DNA of 64,000 bases, taken from the NCBI GenBank assembly GCA_051744725.1, contig JBNJDI010000001.1, forward strand, positions 11,455-75,454, in the 5' to 3' direction. A program made the translations under genes and the position numbers. This DNA comes from Pseudomonadota bacterium. GTDB taxonomy: Bacteria; Pseudomonadota; Gammaproteobacteria; Pseudomonadales; Oleiphilaceae. Below the pieces are notes generated by a model. That model saw only the letters and a list, made by a program, of their open reading frames with translations. It had not been told where the DNA came from and ran no database searches. Below, piece by piece: positions 21,438 to 30,352 of the stretch (position 1 is the first letter of the stretch; every line of letters begins with the position of its first letter).

Positions 21438-24362
21438 TCAGATCTCGAGAACCTTCATGCCAAGATCCGCCAGCCGCTGCCGGTTACCATGACCGGTCAC
21501 CACGGCCGTGGAGGCACGTTCAGGCGTGAGCCAGCGTTCGGCCGCCCTCTGCATGGAGGCCAGGTCCACCGCCAGTACCCGTTCCCGGAAGCGCTGCTGC
21601 TGCTCGGGCGTGCGCCCGAAAAGCCGGCTCTGATACGCGAATCGGGCTTCGCCCGCGGGTGAACGCGGACGGTCCAGCTGGGAGATCACGCCCAGTATGG
21701 CCTCTTCCACGGAAGCCGCGGTCTGCCCGCCCGCATGCAGCCACGCCAGTGAGCGGTCGAAATCAGCCAGGGTCTCCTCAAGGCGCGGATCGCGATAGGA
21801 GAAGAACCGGAACACCCCGTTGGTGCTGTCCTGCCCCGCGCCGCTGCCGTAGGCACCACCCTGCTCCCGAATGCTGCGGTGCAGGTTGTCATTGCGCAGC
21901 AGCACGCCCAGCACGCTCAGGGGCGCCGCATCCGGGTGCTCCACCGGCACCGTCGGGAAGGCCCGGGCGCAGAAGTTCACCTGGGTGGCGGTCAGCCAGC
22001 CTTCGTTGACCTGCTCACTCACTGGATCCAGATGGAAACCGCCCGCGGCCCGCTCCGCATCCAGGGACCAATGGCCGCGTACCGCGTCCTCGGAGCCTTC
22101 CAGCCCACTGCTCTCACCGATCAGCAGGAAGTCCGGCCCCCCGGCGTGGATCCGTTCATGAAGCTCCGAGAGCCGCTGGCAGAAGCGGTCAAGCTCGGCG
22201 CTGTCGTCCAGACGGTCGTCCAGTGCCACCAGCTGCCGGATGCCCTCAAGCCCGCCCAGCTCATAGGTCAGGCGGGCACCGGGGCTGGCCCCGTGGGAGG
22301 CGGCCCCCATGGCCAGTGCGTGACCACTCCCGGTGATCGAGTGCTCCCGGCGGGCCCGCATCTGGGCCACCAGCTCCCGCACCCGCTCCTTTTCGTCAAA
22401 GCGTGCGGCGGTGGCAACGTCGTGCAGAAGCCCCGCGAGGTCGTCGCTGTTCGCGGCCAGGGCCTTGCCGCCCAGGGTGAAGTAGCCCCGCACGGACTGG
22501 ACGTCGTCAACGTTGCCCTTGATCGTGGCCGCGCCGCTGATGCCGCCGCTGCCCGCCGAGATGCGGTCCTGCATGCGCAGGTAGTCATCGGAACCCGCAC
22601 CCACTTCGCTCAGCATGCTGGAATAGATGGGCAGAAGCTGGCGCTGTTCCGGGGCCAGATCCGGCAGTGGTGCCACCAGCTGCTGGTACACCAGACCGTT
22701 GGTACCCATGTGATAGCGGGTGATGCGCCCGGACCCGTCGCCTTCGCCTTCCGGAATCTTCAGTGACGCCGGCACATCCTCGATGCCGACACGCGGCAGC
22801 ATGCTGTCATCCGCTTCCTGGTTCTGGCGCGCCTGCAGGGCCTGCGCCTGTTCCACCAGGGTATGCGCCTCCTCGCTGGTCAGGCTCGCCTTACGCTCAT
22901 CCAGCGCTTGGCGAACCGCCTGTTCACGGCGCTCATTGAGTCCGGTGTCCGGTGCCAGGGCCAGGCGCACCCGGTGCGGGTTGTCCAACAGCAGGCGCCG
23001 GATCAGCCCGGGCACATACTCCGGATCCCGGATGCGCTCACGCAGTCGTTCCAGTACCGGCTCCAGGTCGAGCAGGTCTACGGGATCACCACCGTGCACC
23101 ATGGGCGAAAGCGCCTGCATGATCAGCTGCAGGCCATAGGGGAACCCATCGCCCGAAATCTCGCGCTGCTGCAGTTCCAGCTGGTGCACGATGGCCTCCA
23201 GCTTCTCATGAGCCACCCCTTCGCGCGCCACCTGTTCCAGGGTTTCGAGAATCAGATTCTCCACCTCACCGGCCTGCTCCGGCTCCGTGCCCTCAATGCC
23301 GCAGACAAAGGTCATTTCGCGGTTGGAGTCCTCGAGCCCGCACAGCGGCGAGGGGGCCTGCCCCAGGCTGGTGGTCTCCAGCGCCTGCAGCAGCGGCGAA
23401 GCGCTGTTTTCCAGCAGCACGGCGGTGAGCAGCTCCGCCTCGAGGTTCTGCTCAAGGTCGAAGCTCTCCCCCAGCAGCCAGCCCATGACCACATGGGTGC
23501 GGTTGTCGGTGCCCTCGTCCGGGTCCACGCCGTAATGCTCCTGGACCCGCACCGGCGCGTAGTAGCGCTTCTCATTGCGCACTGGCAGGTCGATCTCCGC
23601 CGCCGAGAACCGGTTCAGCGCCAGCGACTCGAAGCGCTCCTGGTGCTCGCGCGCCGGGATATCACCGAAGGTGGCGAAGATGGCATTGCTGGGATGATAG
23701 TGGCGGCGATAGAACTGGACCAGCTGATCATAGGTCAGGTCCACGATATGGTCCGGCTCGCCGCCGCTGTTGTAGTGATAGGTGGTGGTCGGAAACAGAT
23801 GCTTCGACAGTGTCTGCCAGAGCTGCGACACCGGCGAACTCATGGCCCCTTTCATCTCGTTGTAGACCACGCCCCGGTGCACCAGCGGCGTACTGGGATC
23901 ATCCGGGGTCTCGAACTCCAGCCGGTGGCCCTCCTGGGCGAAATCCAGTGGATCCAGGTTGGAGAAAAAGACGGAATCCAGATAGACCGAGAGAAGGTTG
24001 TCAAAATCCTTGCGGTTTTTGCTGGCAAACGGATAGGCCGTCCAGTCGCTGCTGGTCAGCGCGTTCATGAAGGTGTTCAGCGAACGCTGGATCATCATGA
24101 AGAAGGGATCGCGCGTGGGGTAGTTCTCGCTGCCGCACAGGGCCGTGTGCTCGAGAATGTGCGCGACCCCGGTGGAATCCATGGGGAAGGTCCGCAGCGC
24201 CACGAGAAAGACATTCTCGTCGTTGTCTGAAGCGAGATGCAGATGGCACGCCCCGGTGGCCCGATGCCGATACTCCTCCACCTCCAGGTGAAGTGTCTCG
24301 ATCCGGTGATTGCGTACCCACTCGAAAGCCGGGTGAACCTGCGGTTCCGCCTGATCCAGCAT
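21438..24362 (-). CDS. Insulinase-family (M16C, PreP-like) zinc metallopeptidase
   Basis: HILEH inverted zincin motif, SLNTFMNALT, GVVYNEMKGA, IREQGGAYG, SYRDP. Confidence 0.92.
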   Translation of the reverse strand: MLDQAEPQVHPAFEWVRNHRIETLHLEVEEYRHRATGACHLHLASDNDENVFLVALRTFPMDSTGVAHILEHTALCGSENYPTRDPFFMMIQRSLNTFMNALTSSDWTAYPFASKNRKDFDNLLSVYLDSVFFSNLDPLDFAQEGHRLEFETPDDPSTPLVHRGVVYNEMKGAMSSPVSQLWQTLSKHLFPTTTYHYNSGGEPDHIVDLTYDQLVQFYRRHYHPSNAIFATFGDIPAREHQERFESLALNRFSAAEIDLPVRNEKRYYAPVRVQEHYGVDPDEGTDNRTHVVMGWLLGESFDLEQNLEAELLTAVLLENSASPLLQALETTSLGQAPSPLCGLEDSNREMTFVCGIEGTEPEQAGEVENLILETLEQVAREGVAHEKLEAIVHQLELQQREISGDGFPYGLQLIMQALSPMVHGGDPVDLLDLEPVLERLRERIRDPEYVPGLIRRLLLDNPHRVRLALAPDTGLNERREQAVRQALDERKASLTSEEAHTLVEQAQALQARQNQEADDSMLPRVGIEDVPASLKIPEGEGDGSGRITRYHMGTNGLVYQQLVAPLPDLAPEQRQLLPIYSSMLSEVGAGSDDYLRMQDRISAGSGGISGAATIKGNVDDVQSVRGYFTLGGKALAANSDDLAGLLHDVATAARFDEKERVRELVAQMRARREHSITGSGHALAMGAASHGASPGARLTYELGGLEGIRQLVALDDRLDDSAELDRFCQRLSELHERIHAGGPDFLLIGESSGLEGSEDAVRGHWSLDAERAAGGFHLDPVSEQVNEGWLTATQVNFCARAFPTVPVEHPDAAPLSVLGVLLRNDNLHRSIREQGGAYGSGAGQDSTNGVFRFFSYRDPRLEETLADFDRSLAWLHAGGQTAASVEEAILGVISQLDRPRSPAGEARFAYQSRLFGRTPEQQQRFRERVLAVDLASMQRAAERWLTPERASTAVVTGHGNRQRLADLGMKVLEI

Positions 24363-24505
24363 GCTCTCTTCCTGTCGTGTGAATGTGCCGCCATTCTAGC
24401 GGTTGCGCGCCGGTGTTCCCACAGCTGTGGCGCAATGCCCTCTGGCAACCGCTCACATCTTGTTTATAGTGTGGGGACACTGGGCAACGTCTGAATGGGC
24501 AATCA

Positions 24506-24970
24506 TTGACCGGCCAACACGAGCATACAGAGACTTCCGGATCCCGCCCCCGCGTTGAGGCCTACTGGGTCGAACGCAAGCGCTACCTGGAGGAGATCCG
24601 CGGCATACCGGAACTGCGGCGGCGATACCTCAAAGCACTGGCGGTCTACCTGCTCCGGCGGACCCTCTGGTCCTTCGGATTCTTTCCCGTGTTCCTGGGG
24701 TTCTGGATTCCACTGGTATTCGCACGCTTCAATCCTGTGGCACTGGTGGACAACGCCCTGCCCCACCTGGAGCGCTTCGTCGACGCAACCGCCCAGGTCC
24801 AGGCCACCACCCTGGAGACACTTGTTCTGTCCTGGCTCTCCGTGGGCCTGCTTTTCGCGGTCTTTGACCTGGTCCTGACCCCCTTCAAGTCGCCCTACGA
24901 GTATGAAGCGGACGTGCACATGCGCGCCTGGGAGGAACTGCAGCAGCGGAGTCGCTCGGAAAACGCCTGA
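24506..24970 (+). CDS. Hypothetical membrane protein (2 TM)
   Basis: 154 aa, two hydrophobic segments, coding-like codon usage, fills intergenic gap. Confidence 0.75.
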   Translation: MTGQHEHTETSGSRPRVEAYWVERKRYLEEIRGIPELRRRYLKALAVYLLRRTLWSFGFFPVFLGFWIPLVFARFNPVALVDNALPHLERFVDATAQVQATTLETLVLSWLSVGLLFAVFDLVLTPFKSPYEYEADVHMRAWEELQQRSRSENA

Positions 24971-25088
24971 AAAGTGCGTCACTTCACGCAGTCACCGTCT
25001 GTTCTCCGATAACATGAAGTCAGATTGAACAGGGAGCACACCGCCCCCTGCCTGACCCGTTGTGTCGGAATGAACGGAGTGGCATGCA

Positions 25089-26369
25089 ATGATCGACTAC
25101 AGACCGCTGCTGTTTGCGAATTTTCTCGCGATCATGCTGCTGGTGACGGCCGGTTTTGCCACCATCCAGCGCTCCCCGGAGCTTGTGGGCTCACGCATTC
25201 CAGTGGTCTCCCCGTCTTCTTCCGGAGAGACTGAAGCCAGCGCGGACGATGAGCGCGCCTCAGCAGAGGCGGCCCAGGCCGATACCGACAGGATTCCCAG
25301 GGTCATTCCAGCCGTCTCCGGCCCCGATACCGGCAGCAGCGCCAAAACCACTGCCGATACCGCCAGCGCCGGAACGGCGGATGACACCCAGCCCGCCACG
25401 TCTAAACAGCAGCCGCAGGAACAGAAGCAGGAGCCAACACAGGCACGGCTGACACTGCGCTCCAACGTGTACGACGACCAGGTGCGGGTCAATGGCGAGC
25501 CCAGGGGCTCCACCGCCATGGACCTGGAACTGGAACCCGGCACCTACACCATCGAGATCAGCAAGCCGAAGCACAGTACCTGGCGGGAGCAGATCCATCT
25601 GGATGCCGGTGATGCCCCCACCCTGATGGCACGCCTTGAACGCTATACCACAGTCCGCTACCGCGACGGCACCTGGGAGCACGGCGTGAAAACCGGCGAA
25701 GGCACCTACCGGGACAGCGACGGCCTCACCTATGAAGGCGAATTCCGCAATGGCGAGTTCCACGGCCAGGGTACGGCCCATTTTCCGGACGGACGCATCT
25801 ACGAAGGCGAGTGGCGGCAGGGCGCCATGCATGGCGAGGGCAGCCTCCAGCGCCCCGGTGGCGATGTCTATGAGGGCGAGTTCCAGGACGGTGAATACCA
25901 TGGCCGTGGCACGCTCACGGCCAGCAACGGCGATACATTCACCGGTCACTGGGAGGACGGCGAACTCAATGGACACGGCACCCTCACAACCGCCGAAGGA
26001 CTCATGTACGTGGGAGATTTCCGGGATGGCCAGCTCCACGGCGAAGGCCGCCTGACCTACCCCGATGGCGGCTATTACCGCGGCGACTTCGCCAACGACC
26101 GTTTCCATGGCGAAGGGGTCCGCACCTTCAGCAGTGGCCGCCAGTACCAGGGCCAGTTTGTCGATGGCCGATTCCACGGCCAGGGCGAGATCCGTCATCC
26201 CAGCGGTGCCAGCATTGAAAGCACATTCCGGGAAGGCGACCCTTACGGCGAGGTCCGCATGACGACACCGGAGGGCGAGGTCTTCACCGCCCGCACTTCG
26301 GAGCCGGGTGTGTGCTATCGCAAGGGCAGCTACCGGGAAACACAGTGTCCCTCCATGGAGGCGTGGTGA
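25089..26369 (+). CDS. PEGA-domain + MORN-repeat exported or membrane-anchored protein
   Basis: N-terminal hydrophobic anchor, S/A/T linker, PEGA-like LRSNV...LELEPGTYTIEISK, YxGxxxxGxxHGxG repeats. Confidence 0.85.
   Translation: MIDYRPLLFANFLAIMLLVTAGFATIQRSPELVGSRIPVVSPSSSGETEASADDERASAEAAQADTDRIPRVIPAVSGPDTGSSAKTTADTASAGTADDTQPATSKQQPQEQKQEPTQARLTLRSNVYDDQVRVNGEPRGSTAMDLELEPGTYTIEISKPKHSTWREQIHLDAGDAPTLMARLERYTTVRYRDGTWEHGVKTGEGTYRDSDGLTYEGEFRNGEFHGQGTAHFPDGRIYEGEWRQGAMHGEGSLQRPGGDVYEGEFQDGEYHGRGTLTASNGDTFTGHWEDGELNGHGTLTTAEGLMYVGDFRDGQLHGEGRLTYPDGGYYRGDFANDRFHGEGVRTFSSGRQYQGQFVDGRFHGQGEIRHPSGASIESTFREGDPYGEVRMTTPEGEVFTARTSEPGVCYRKGSYRETQCPSMEAW
25731..26282 (+). repeat. MORN repeats, 69-nt (23 aa) period, about 8 units plus a degenerate one upstream
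   Basis: YEGEF/YEGEW/YEGEF/FTGHW/YVGDF/YRGDF/YQGQF starting at 25731, 25800, 25869 and so on. Confidence 0.88.
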
Positions 26370-26417
26370 TCCATGTCAGCCGATCCGGTAACAACGCAGT
26401 ACGCAAGAGGAAGTGAG

Positions 26418-27503
26418 ATGACCATCAATACCGCTCTGCTGGTGGACGACTCCAAGGTCGCCCGCTTCGCCCTGAGCAAGCTCCTCGAGAGCCGCAACAT
26501 GGATGTAACCATGGCGGGCTCCGCAGAGGAGGCTCTGGATCTTCTGAACAGCCAGCAGCCGCCGGACGTCATCTTCATGGATCACCTGATGCCGGGCATG
26601 AACGGCGTGGAGGCCACCAAGGCCATCAAGCGCAACCCGGCAACCGCCGCCATCCCGGTGGTCATGTGCACCTCGAAGAAATCGGATGATTTCATCCAGG
26701 AAGCGCAGGGATACGGGGTCTACAACATCCTCACCAAGCCCCCGCAGGCGGATGGGCTCGACAGCATCCTCACGGCGCTGACCCAGGACCTGAACCAGGG
26801 CACACTGCCCGAACCACCGTCTCCCGAGGATGTGGCCGAGGCACCGGATGAATCCGACCCCCTTGAGACCGAGGCCAGTGTGCGCCTGGCAGACAACCGC
26901 CAGAGCGCAGGCGCCGAGGGGGATACCGTACCTCTGACCACTGAGCTGATCGAACAGATCGCGCGCTCGGCGGTGAAGACCCATATCCACAACCGGCTGC
27001 ACGAGCTGCTTTCCAGCCTTTTCGACGAACAGCACGACCATGTCCGCCGCCTGATCGAGGACAGTGAACGCCGGCGGGAAGAGGCCATAGAAAAGCAGAC
27101 CACGGATTTCCGCGAGCTGGTGGAGAGCCGCCTGGAGTCGCTGAAGAATGAAGTGGCCGCCGAAGTCACCCTCAACCTGGGCAATGAGCTCAGCGAACTG
27201 CGCCGGGAGATCCGTGAGCAGACACAGCAGGGACTGACGGAAAGCGACCTGAATGCCCTCAAGGATCACCTGACCGCGGCCCAGACGGTGGATACCGAGT
27301 TCTGGCAGTCCCTGCAGTCCGAAGCCGTCCAGCAGGCCCACGACATCGCCCGGGATACCTCCGAGGAAGTCGCCCAGCGCACCCTGGATCTCTACCGGCG
27401 CGAGCAGAAAACCACGGCAGCGCGGATCTACACCATGGCACTGGCCGTCAGCCTGGGCATCTTCAGTCTCGGCATTGCCTGGCTGGGCGGGCTGATCGGC
27501 TGA
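26418..27503 (+). CDS. Response regulator receiver + coiled coil + C-terminal TM
   Basis: [30 protein letters not shown] intact; helical tail; terminal hydrophobic helix; alternative in-frame ATG at 26373. Confidence 0.88.
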   Translation: MTINTALLVDDSKVARFALSKLLESRNMDVTMAGSAEEALDLLNSQQPPDVIFMDHLMPGMNGVEATKAIKRNPATAAIPVVMCTSKKSDDFIQEAQGYGVYNILTKPPQADGLDSILTALTQDLNQGTLPEPPSPEDVAEAPDESDPLETEASVRLADNRQSAGAEGDTVPLTTELIEQIARSAVKTHIHNRLHELLSSLFDEQHDHVRRLIEDSERRREEAIEKQTTDFRELVESRLESLKNEVAAEVTLNLGNELSELRREIREQTQQGLTESDLNALKDHLTAAQTVDTEFWQSLQSEAVQQAHDIARDTSEEVAQRTLDLYRREQKTTAARIYTMALAVSLGIFSLGIAWLGGLIG

Positions 27504-27571
27504 GCCGCTGCCCGCCCCATGCGGTGATCTGCTACCATGCGGGCTTTCACTCCGCAGGCAGCCACCGCATC

Positions 27572-28423
27572 ATGAACCGTCTTTTCGTTGATAACCTGAC
27601 CGTCATTGACTTTGCCTACCTGGACCGTCACCGCGGCCTGGTCGGCGAAAGCTGGATCGTGGACATCGAACTCGCCGGCGAGCTGAACGAGGCCGGCATG
27701 GTGTTCGACTTCGGCCATGTCAAAAGCACCATCAAGGCGCATATTGACGACCAGGTGGATCACCGGCTGCTGATCCCGGCGGATTATTCCGGGCTGCAGT
27801 GGCTGGACCCGGAGGCGGCGGGGCACTTCCGCTGGCACCTGGCGGACGGCACCTGGATCGAACACCGGTCACCGGACGAGGCGGTTGCCACCGTCCCCGG
27901 CACAGCCGTTGAACGCGAGGCCATCGCCACCCGGCTCTCGCAAAGCCTGCAGCGGATCCTTCCGGACAACGTCCAAAGCGTGCACATCAGCCTGCGCCTG
28001 GAAGCCATAGAGGGCGCCTGGTACCACTATGCCCACGGGCTCAAGAAGCACGACGGCAACTGCCAGCGCATCGCCCACGGCCACCGTTCCCGCATCCGGA
28101 TCCTGCGCAACGGTCAGCGCGCCCCGGATCTGGAGTACTACTGGAGCGAGCGCTGGCGTGACATCTACCTGGCAACAGCCGAAGACCGCACCGGAACCTT
28201 CCAGGATGCGGGCATCACCTATCACCGGTTCAGCTACGATTCGGACCAGGGCCATTTCGAAATCGCCCTGCCAGCGGCCCGCACCGAGATCATGGGGCCG
28301 GATACCACGGTGGAGTGGATTGCCTGCCATCTGCGCGATGAAACCCGCAAGCTGGAGCCGGAAAGCCGGATTGAGGTGTACGCCTTCGAGGGAGTGAACA
28401 AGGGCGCTATCGCGGAGGGCTGA
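27572..28423 (+). CDS. Tandem T-fold 6-carboxy-tetrahydropterin synthase-like (QueD-like) protein
   Basis: GMVFDFGHVK...DHRLL in domain 1; AHGLKKHDGNCQRIAHGH in domain 2. Confidence 0.78.
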   Translation: MNRLFVDNLTVIDFAYLDRHRGLVGESWIVDIELAGELNEAGMVFDFGHVKSTIKAHIDDQVDHRLLIPADYSGLQWLDPEAAGHFRWHLADGTWIEHRSPDEAVATVPGTAVEREAIATRLSQSLQRILPDNVQSVHISLRLEAIEGAWYHYAHGLKKHDGNCQRIAHGHRSRIRILRNGQRAPDLEYYWSERWRDIYLATAEDRTGTFQDAGITYHRFSYDSDQGHFEIALPAARTEIMGPDTTVEWIACHLRDETRKLEPESRIEVYAFEGVNKGAIAEG

Positions 28424-28440
28424 GTCCGGAATACGGACAT

Positions 28441-28469
28441 AAAAAAAGCCGGCCAAATGGCCGGCTTTT
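28441..28469. terminator. Bidirectional terminator between QueD-like gene and tRNA operon
   Basis: A7-GCCGGCC-AAAT-GGCCGGC-T4. Confidence 0.85.
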
Positions 28470-28476
28470 CTGTATC

Positions 28477-28552
28477 TGGCGTCCCGTAGGGGACTCGAAC
28501 CCCTGTTACTGCCGTGAAAGGGCAGTGTCCTAGGCCTCTAGACGAACGGGAC
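28477..28552 (-). tRNA. tRNA-Glu(TTC)
   Basis: GTCCCGTTCGTCTAGAGGCCTAGGACACTGCCCTTTCACGGCAGTAACAGGGGTTCGAGTCCCCTACGGGACGCCA, 76 nt, encoded CCA. Confidence 0.97.
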
Positions 28553-28560
28553 TGAAAAAG

Positions 28561-28636
28561 TGGTGGAGCCAGGGAGGCTCGAACTCCCGACCTCGGCGCT
28601 GCCAGCGCCGCGCTCTCCCAGCTGAGCTATGGCCCC
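28561..28636 (-). tRNA. tRNA-Ala(GGC)
   Basis: GGGGCCATAGCTCAGCTGGGAGAGCGCGGCGCTGGCAGCGCCGAGGTCGGGAGTTCGAGCCTCCCTGGCTCCACCA; G3:U70 identity pair. Confidence 0.97.
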
Positions 28637-28656
28637 ACTGCGTCCAACGGGTGCGT

Positions 28657-28685
28657 ATATTAGTGGCGACCCAGGGGCGCGTCAA
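28657..28685 (-). promoter_or_regulatory. Sigma70 promoter for tRNA-Ala/Glu
   Basis: Minus strand TTGACG-17nt-TAATAT. Confidence 0.75.
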
Positions 28686-28701
28686 CCCCTGATTGCCGCC
28701 T

Positions 28702-30189
28702 TTACTCGCCGGTCTCCAGCGCCGCGTATTCCTTCTCGACCTTCTTCGCCTGTTTCTTCGAGAAGCCACCCAGCACATTCAGTGCGTGGCGCAGGCGCGC
28801 CCGGCTCACGTCCGGCCCCAGCAGCCCCATGGAGTCCACCACCGACCAGGAGTTGGGAGTCCCTGCGATCGCCACGAAAATGGGGAACATGAAGTCCCCG
28901 AGCTTCAGGCCCATGGCGCCCGCAAGCGCCTTGAGGTCGGCAAAGACCGTGTCCCGGCTCCAGTGGCGCTCCGCCTCAAGCCGCCACAGGGCAAACTGCA
29001 GGATCCGGCGCACGGTTTCCTCGTCCAGCTTGCGGTGCTCGAAATCCCCGGGGCGAACATCCAGCATCCCGGAGAACATGAAGGACGCCATGGGCGCGAT
29101 GTCCGAAAAGGTCTCAACACGGCTCTTGAGATGGGGCACCAGCGGCGCCAGCTGCGCACGGCTGAACCACCAGTCCCCCACCCGGTCCATGAACGCCTCG
29201 TCGCTCAGCGTCTCGCGGATCCAGAGGCCGTTGAGCCAGCGCAGCTTGGCCTGGTCGAACACCGGCCCGCCGAGCGAGACCCGATGGATATCAAACTCTG
29301 CCTGCATCTCCTCGAGCGTGAACCGCTCGCGCTCATCCGGCATGGACCAGCCCATGCGCCCCAGGAAGTTCAGCACCGCCTCGGGCATGAAGCCCAACCG
29401 CTCGTACAGGTCGATGCTGGTGGGGTTCTTGCGCTTGCTGAGCTTGGTGCCGTCCTCGTTGCGCAGCAGCGGCATGTGGCACAGCGTGGGCATTGTCCAG
29501 CCGAAGTATTCATACAGCAGCTTGTGCTTGGGCGCGGAGTTGATCCACTCCTCACCCCGGATCACATGGGTAATGCCCATACGGTGGTCGTCCACCACGT
29601 TCGCCAGGTGGTAGGTGGGCATGCCATCGGACTTGAGCAGGATCTGGCAGTCGATCTGGGTCCAGTCGATGGTCACCGTGCCCCGGAGCATGTCCTCAAT
29701 CTCACACACGCCCTCCTCCGGCACCTTCATCCGGATCACATAGGGCTCGCCGGCGTCCATGCGGCGCTTCACTTCATCCTCGGGCAGTTCCAGATCGCCC
29801 TTGATGCCCGGGTTGAGGCCCTGCTCGCGCCGGGCATCGCGGATGGCATCCAGCTCCTCGGGGCTGCGGAAGCAGTAGAACGCATGACCACTCTCGACCA
29901 GCTGTTCGGCATAGGCTCGATACTCGTCGCGGCGCTCGGACTGGCGGTACGGGCCATACTCACCGCCCACATCCGGCCCCTCATCCCATTCCAGCCCCAG
30001 CCAGCGCAGGGAATCCAGAATCGCCTGCTCGGATTCCGGCGTGCTCCGGGCCTGGTCGGTATCCTCAATGCGCAGGATGAACTGCCCGCCGTGCTGGCGC
30101 GCAAAACACTGGTTGAACAGCGCGATATAGGCCGTACCCACATGCGGGTCGCCGGTGGGCGAAGGGGCGATTCGGGTTCTGACGGTCAT
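28702..30189 (-). CDS. gltX: Glutamate--tRNA ligase
   Basis: [13 protein letters not shown] (HIGH), RIEDTD, KLSKR (KMSKS); followed by tRNA-Ala and tRNA-Glu. Confidence 0.98.
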   Translation of the reverse strand: MTVRTRIAPSPTGDPHVGTAYIALFNQCFARQHGGQFILRIEDTDQARSTPESEQAILDSLRWLGLEWDEGPDVGGEYGPYRQSERRDEYRAYAEQLVESGHAFYCFRSPEELDAIRDARREQGLNPGIKGDLELPEDEVKRRMDAGEPYVIRMKVPEEGVCEIEDMLRGTVTIDWTQIDCQILLKSDGMPTYHLANVVDDHRMGITHVIRGEEWINSAPKHKLLYEYFGWTMPTLCHMPLLRNEDGTKLSKRKNPTSIDLYERLGFMPEAVLNFLGRMGWSMPDERERFTLEEMQAEFDIHRVSLGGPVFDQAKLRWLNGLWIRETLSDEAFMDRVGDWWFSRAQLAPLVPHLKSRVETFSDIAPMASFMFSGMLDVRPGDFEHRKLDEETVRRILQFALWRLEAERHWSRDTVFADLKALAGAMGLKLGDFMFPIFVAIAGTPNSWSVVDSMGLLGPDVSRARLRHALNVLGGFSKKQAKKVEKEYAALETGE

Positions 30190-30234
30190 ATCGGTTCAAG
30201 GCTCCTCGACTAGGTCGGCATCGACTCAATGAAA

Positions 30235-30246
30235 GCGCGCATTATA
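30235..30246 (-). promoter_or_regulatory. gltX -10 element with GC-rich discriminator
   Basis: Minus strand TATAAT followed by GCGCGC. Confidence 0.6.
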
Positions 30247-30332
30247 ACGCCTCCACCGGGCCGGGTCGTCCTTCCGTATCCTCCCCTATGGTCGATCCCG
30301 CCCTGATTGGATAGAATGCACCCTCCACTGAT

Positions 30333-30349
30333 ATGTTATGTTATAACGC
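30333..30349. promoter_or_regulatory. Putative Zur box
   Basis: ATGTTAT-GTT-ATAACGC; matches the gammaproteobacterial Zur core TGTTAT-N3-ATAACA (one mismatch), 3 nt before a ZnuA-like gene. Confidence 0.75.
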
Positions 30350-30352
30350 TTT

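Noticed and set aside
24419-24430. 12-bp palindrome CCACAGCTGTGG in a divergent promoter region
   Set aside because: Single short GC-rich dyad with no second copy or cognate regulator seen; could be chance
24984-25012. Sigma28 promoter for the MORN gene (TCCGATAA)
   Set aside because: The -10 resembles GCCGATAA but there is no TAAA/TCAAG at the correct spacing
25731-26282. Periodic DNA as a CRISPR-like array
   Set aside because: The 69-nt period is in frame and explained by MORN repeats; no identical repeats with spacers and no cas genes
28424-28700. tRNA 3' ends as a possible island integration site
   Set aside because: No integrase, no duplicated tRNA 3' end and no composition shift; a normal terminator follows tRNA-Glu
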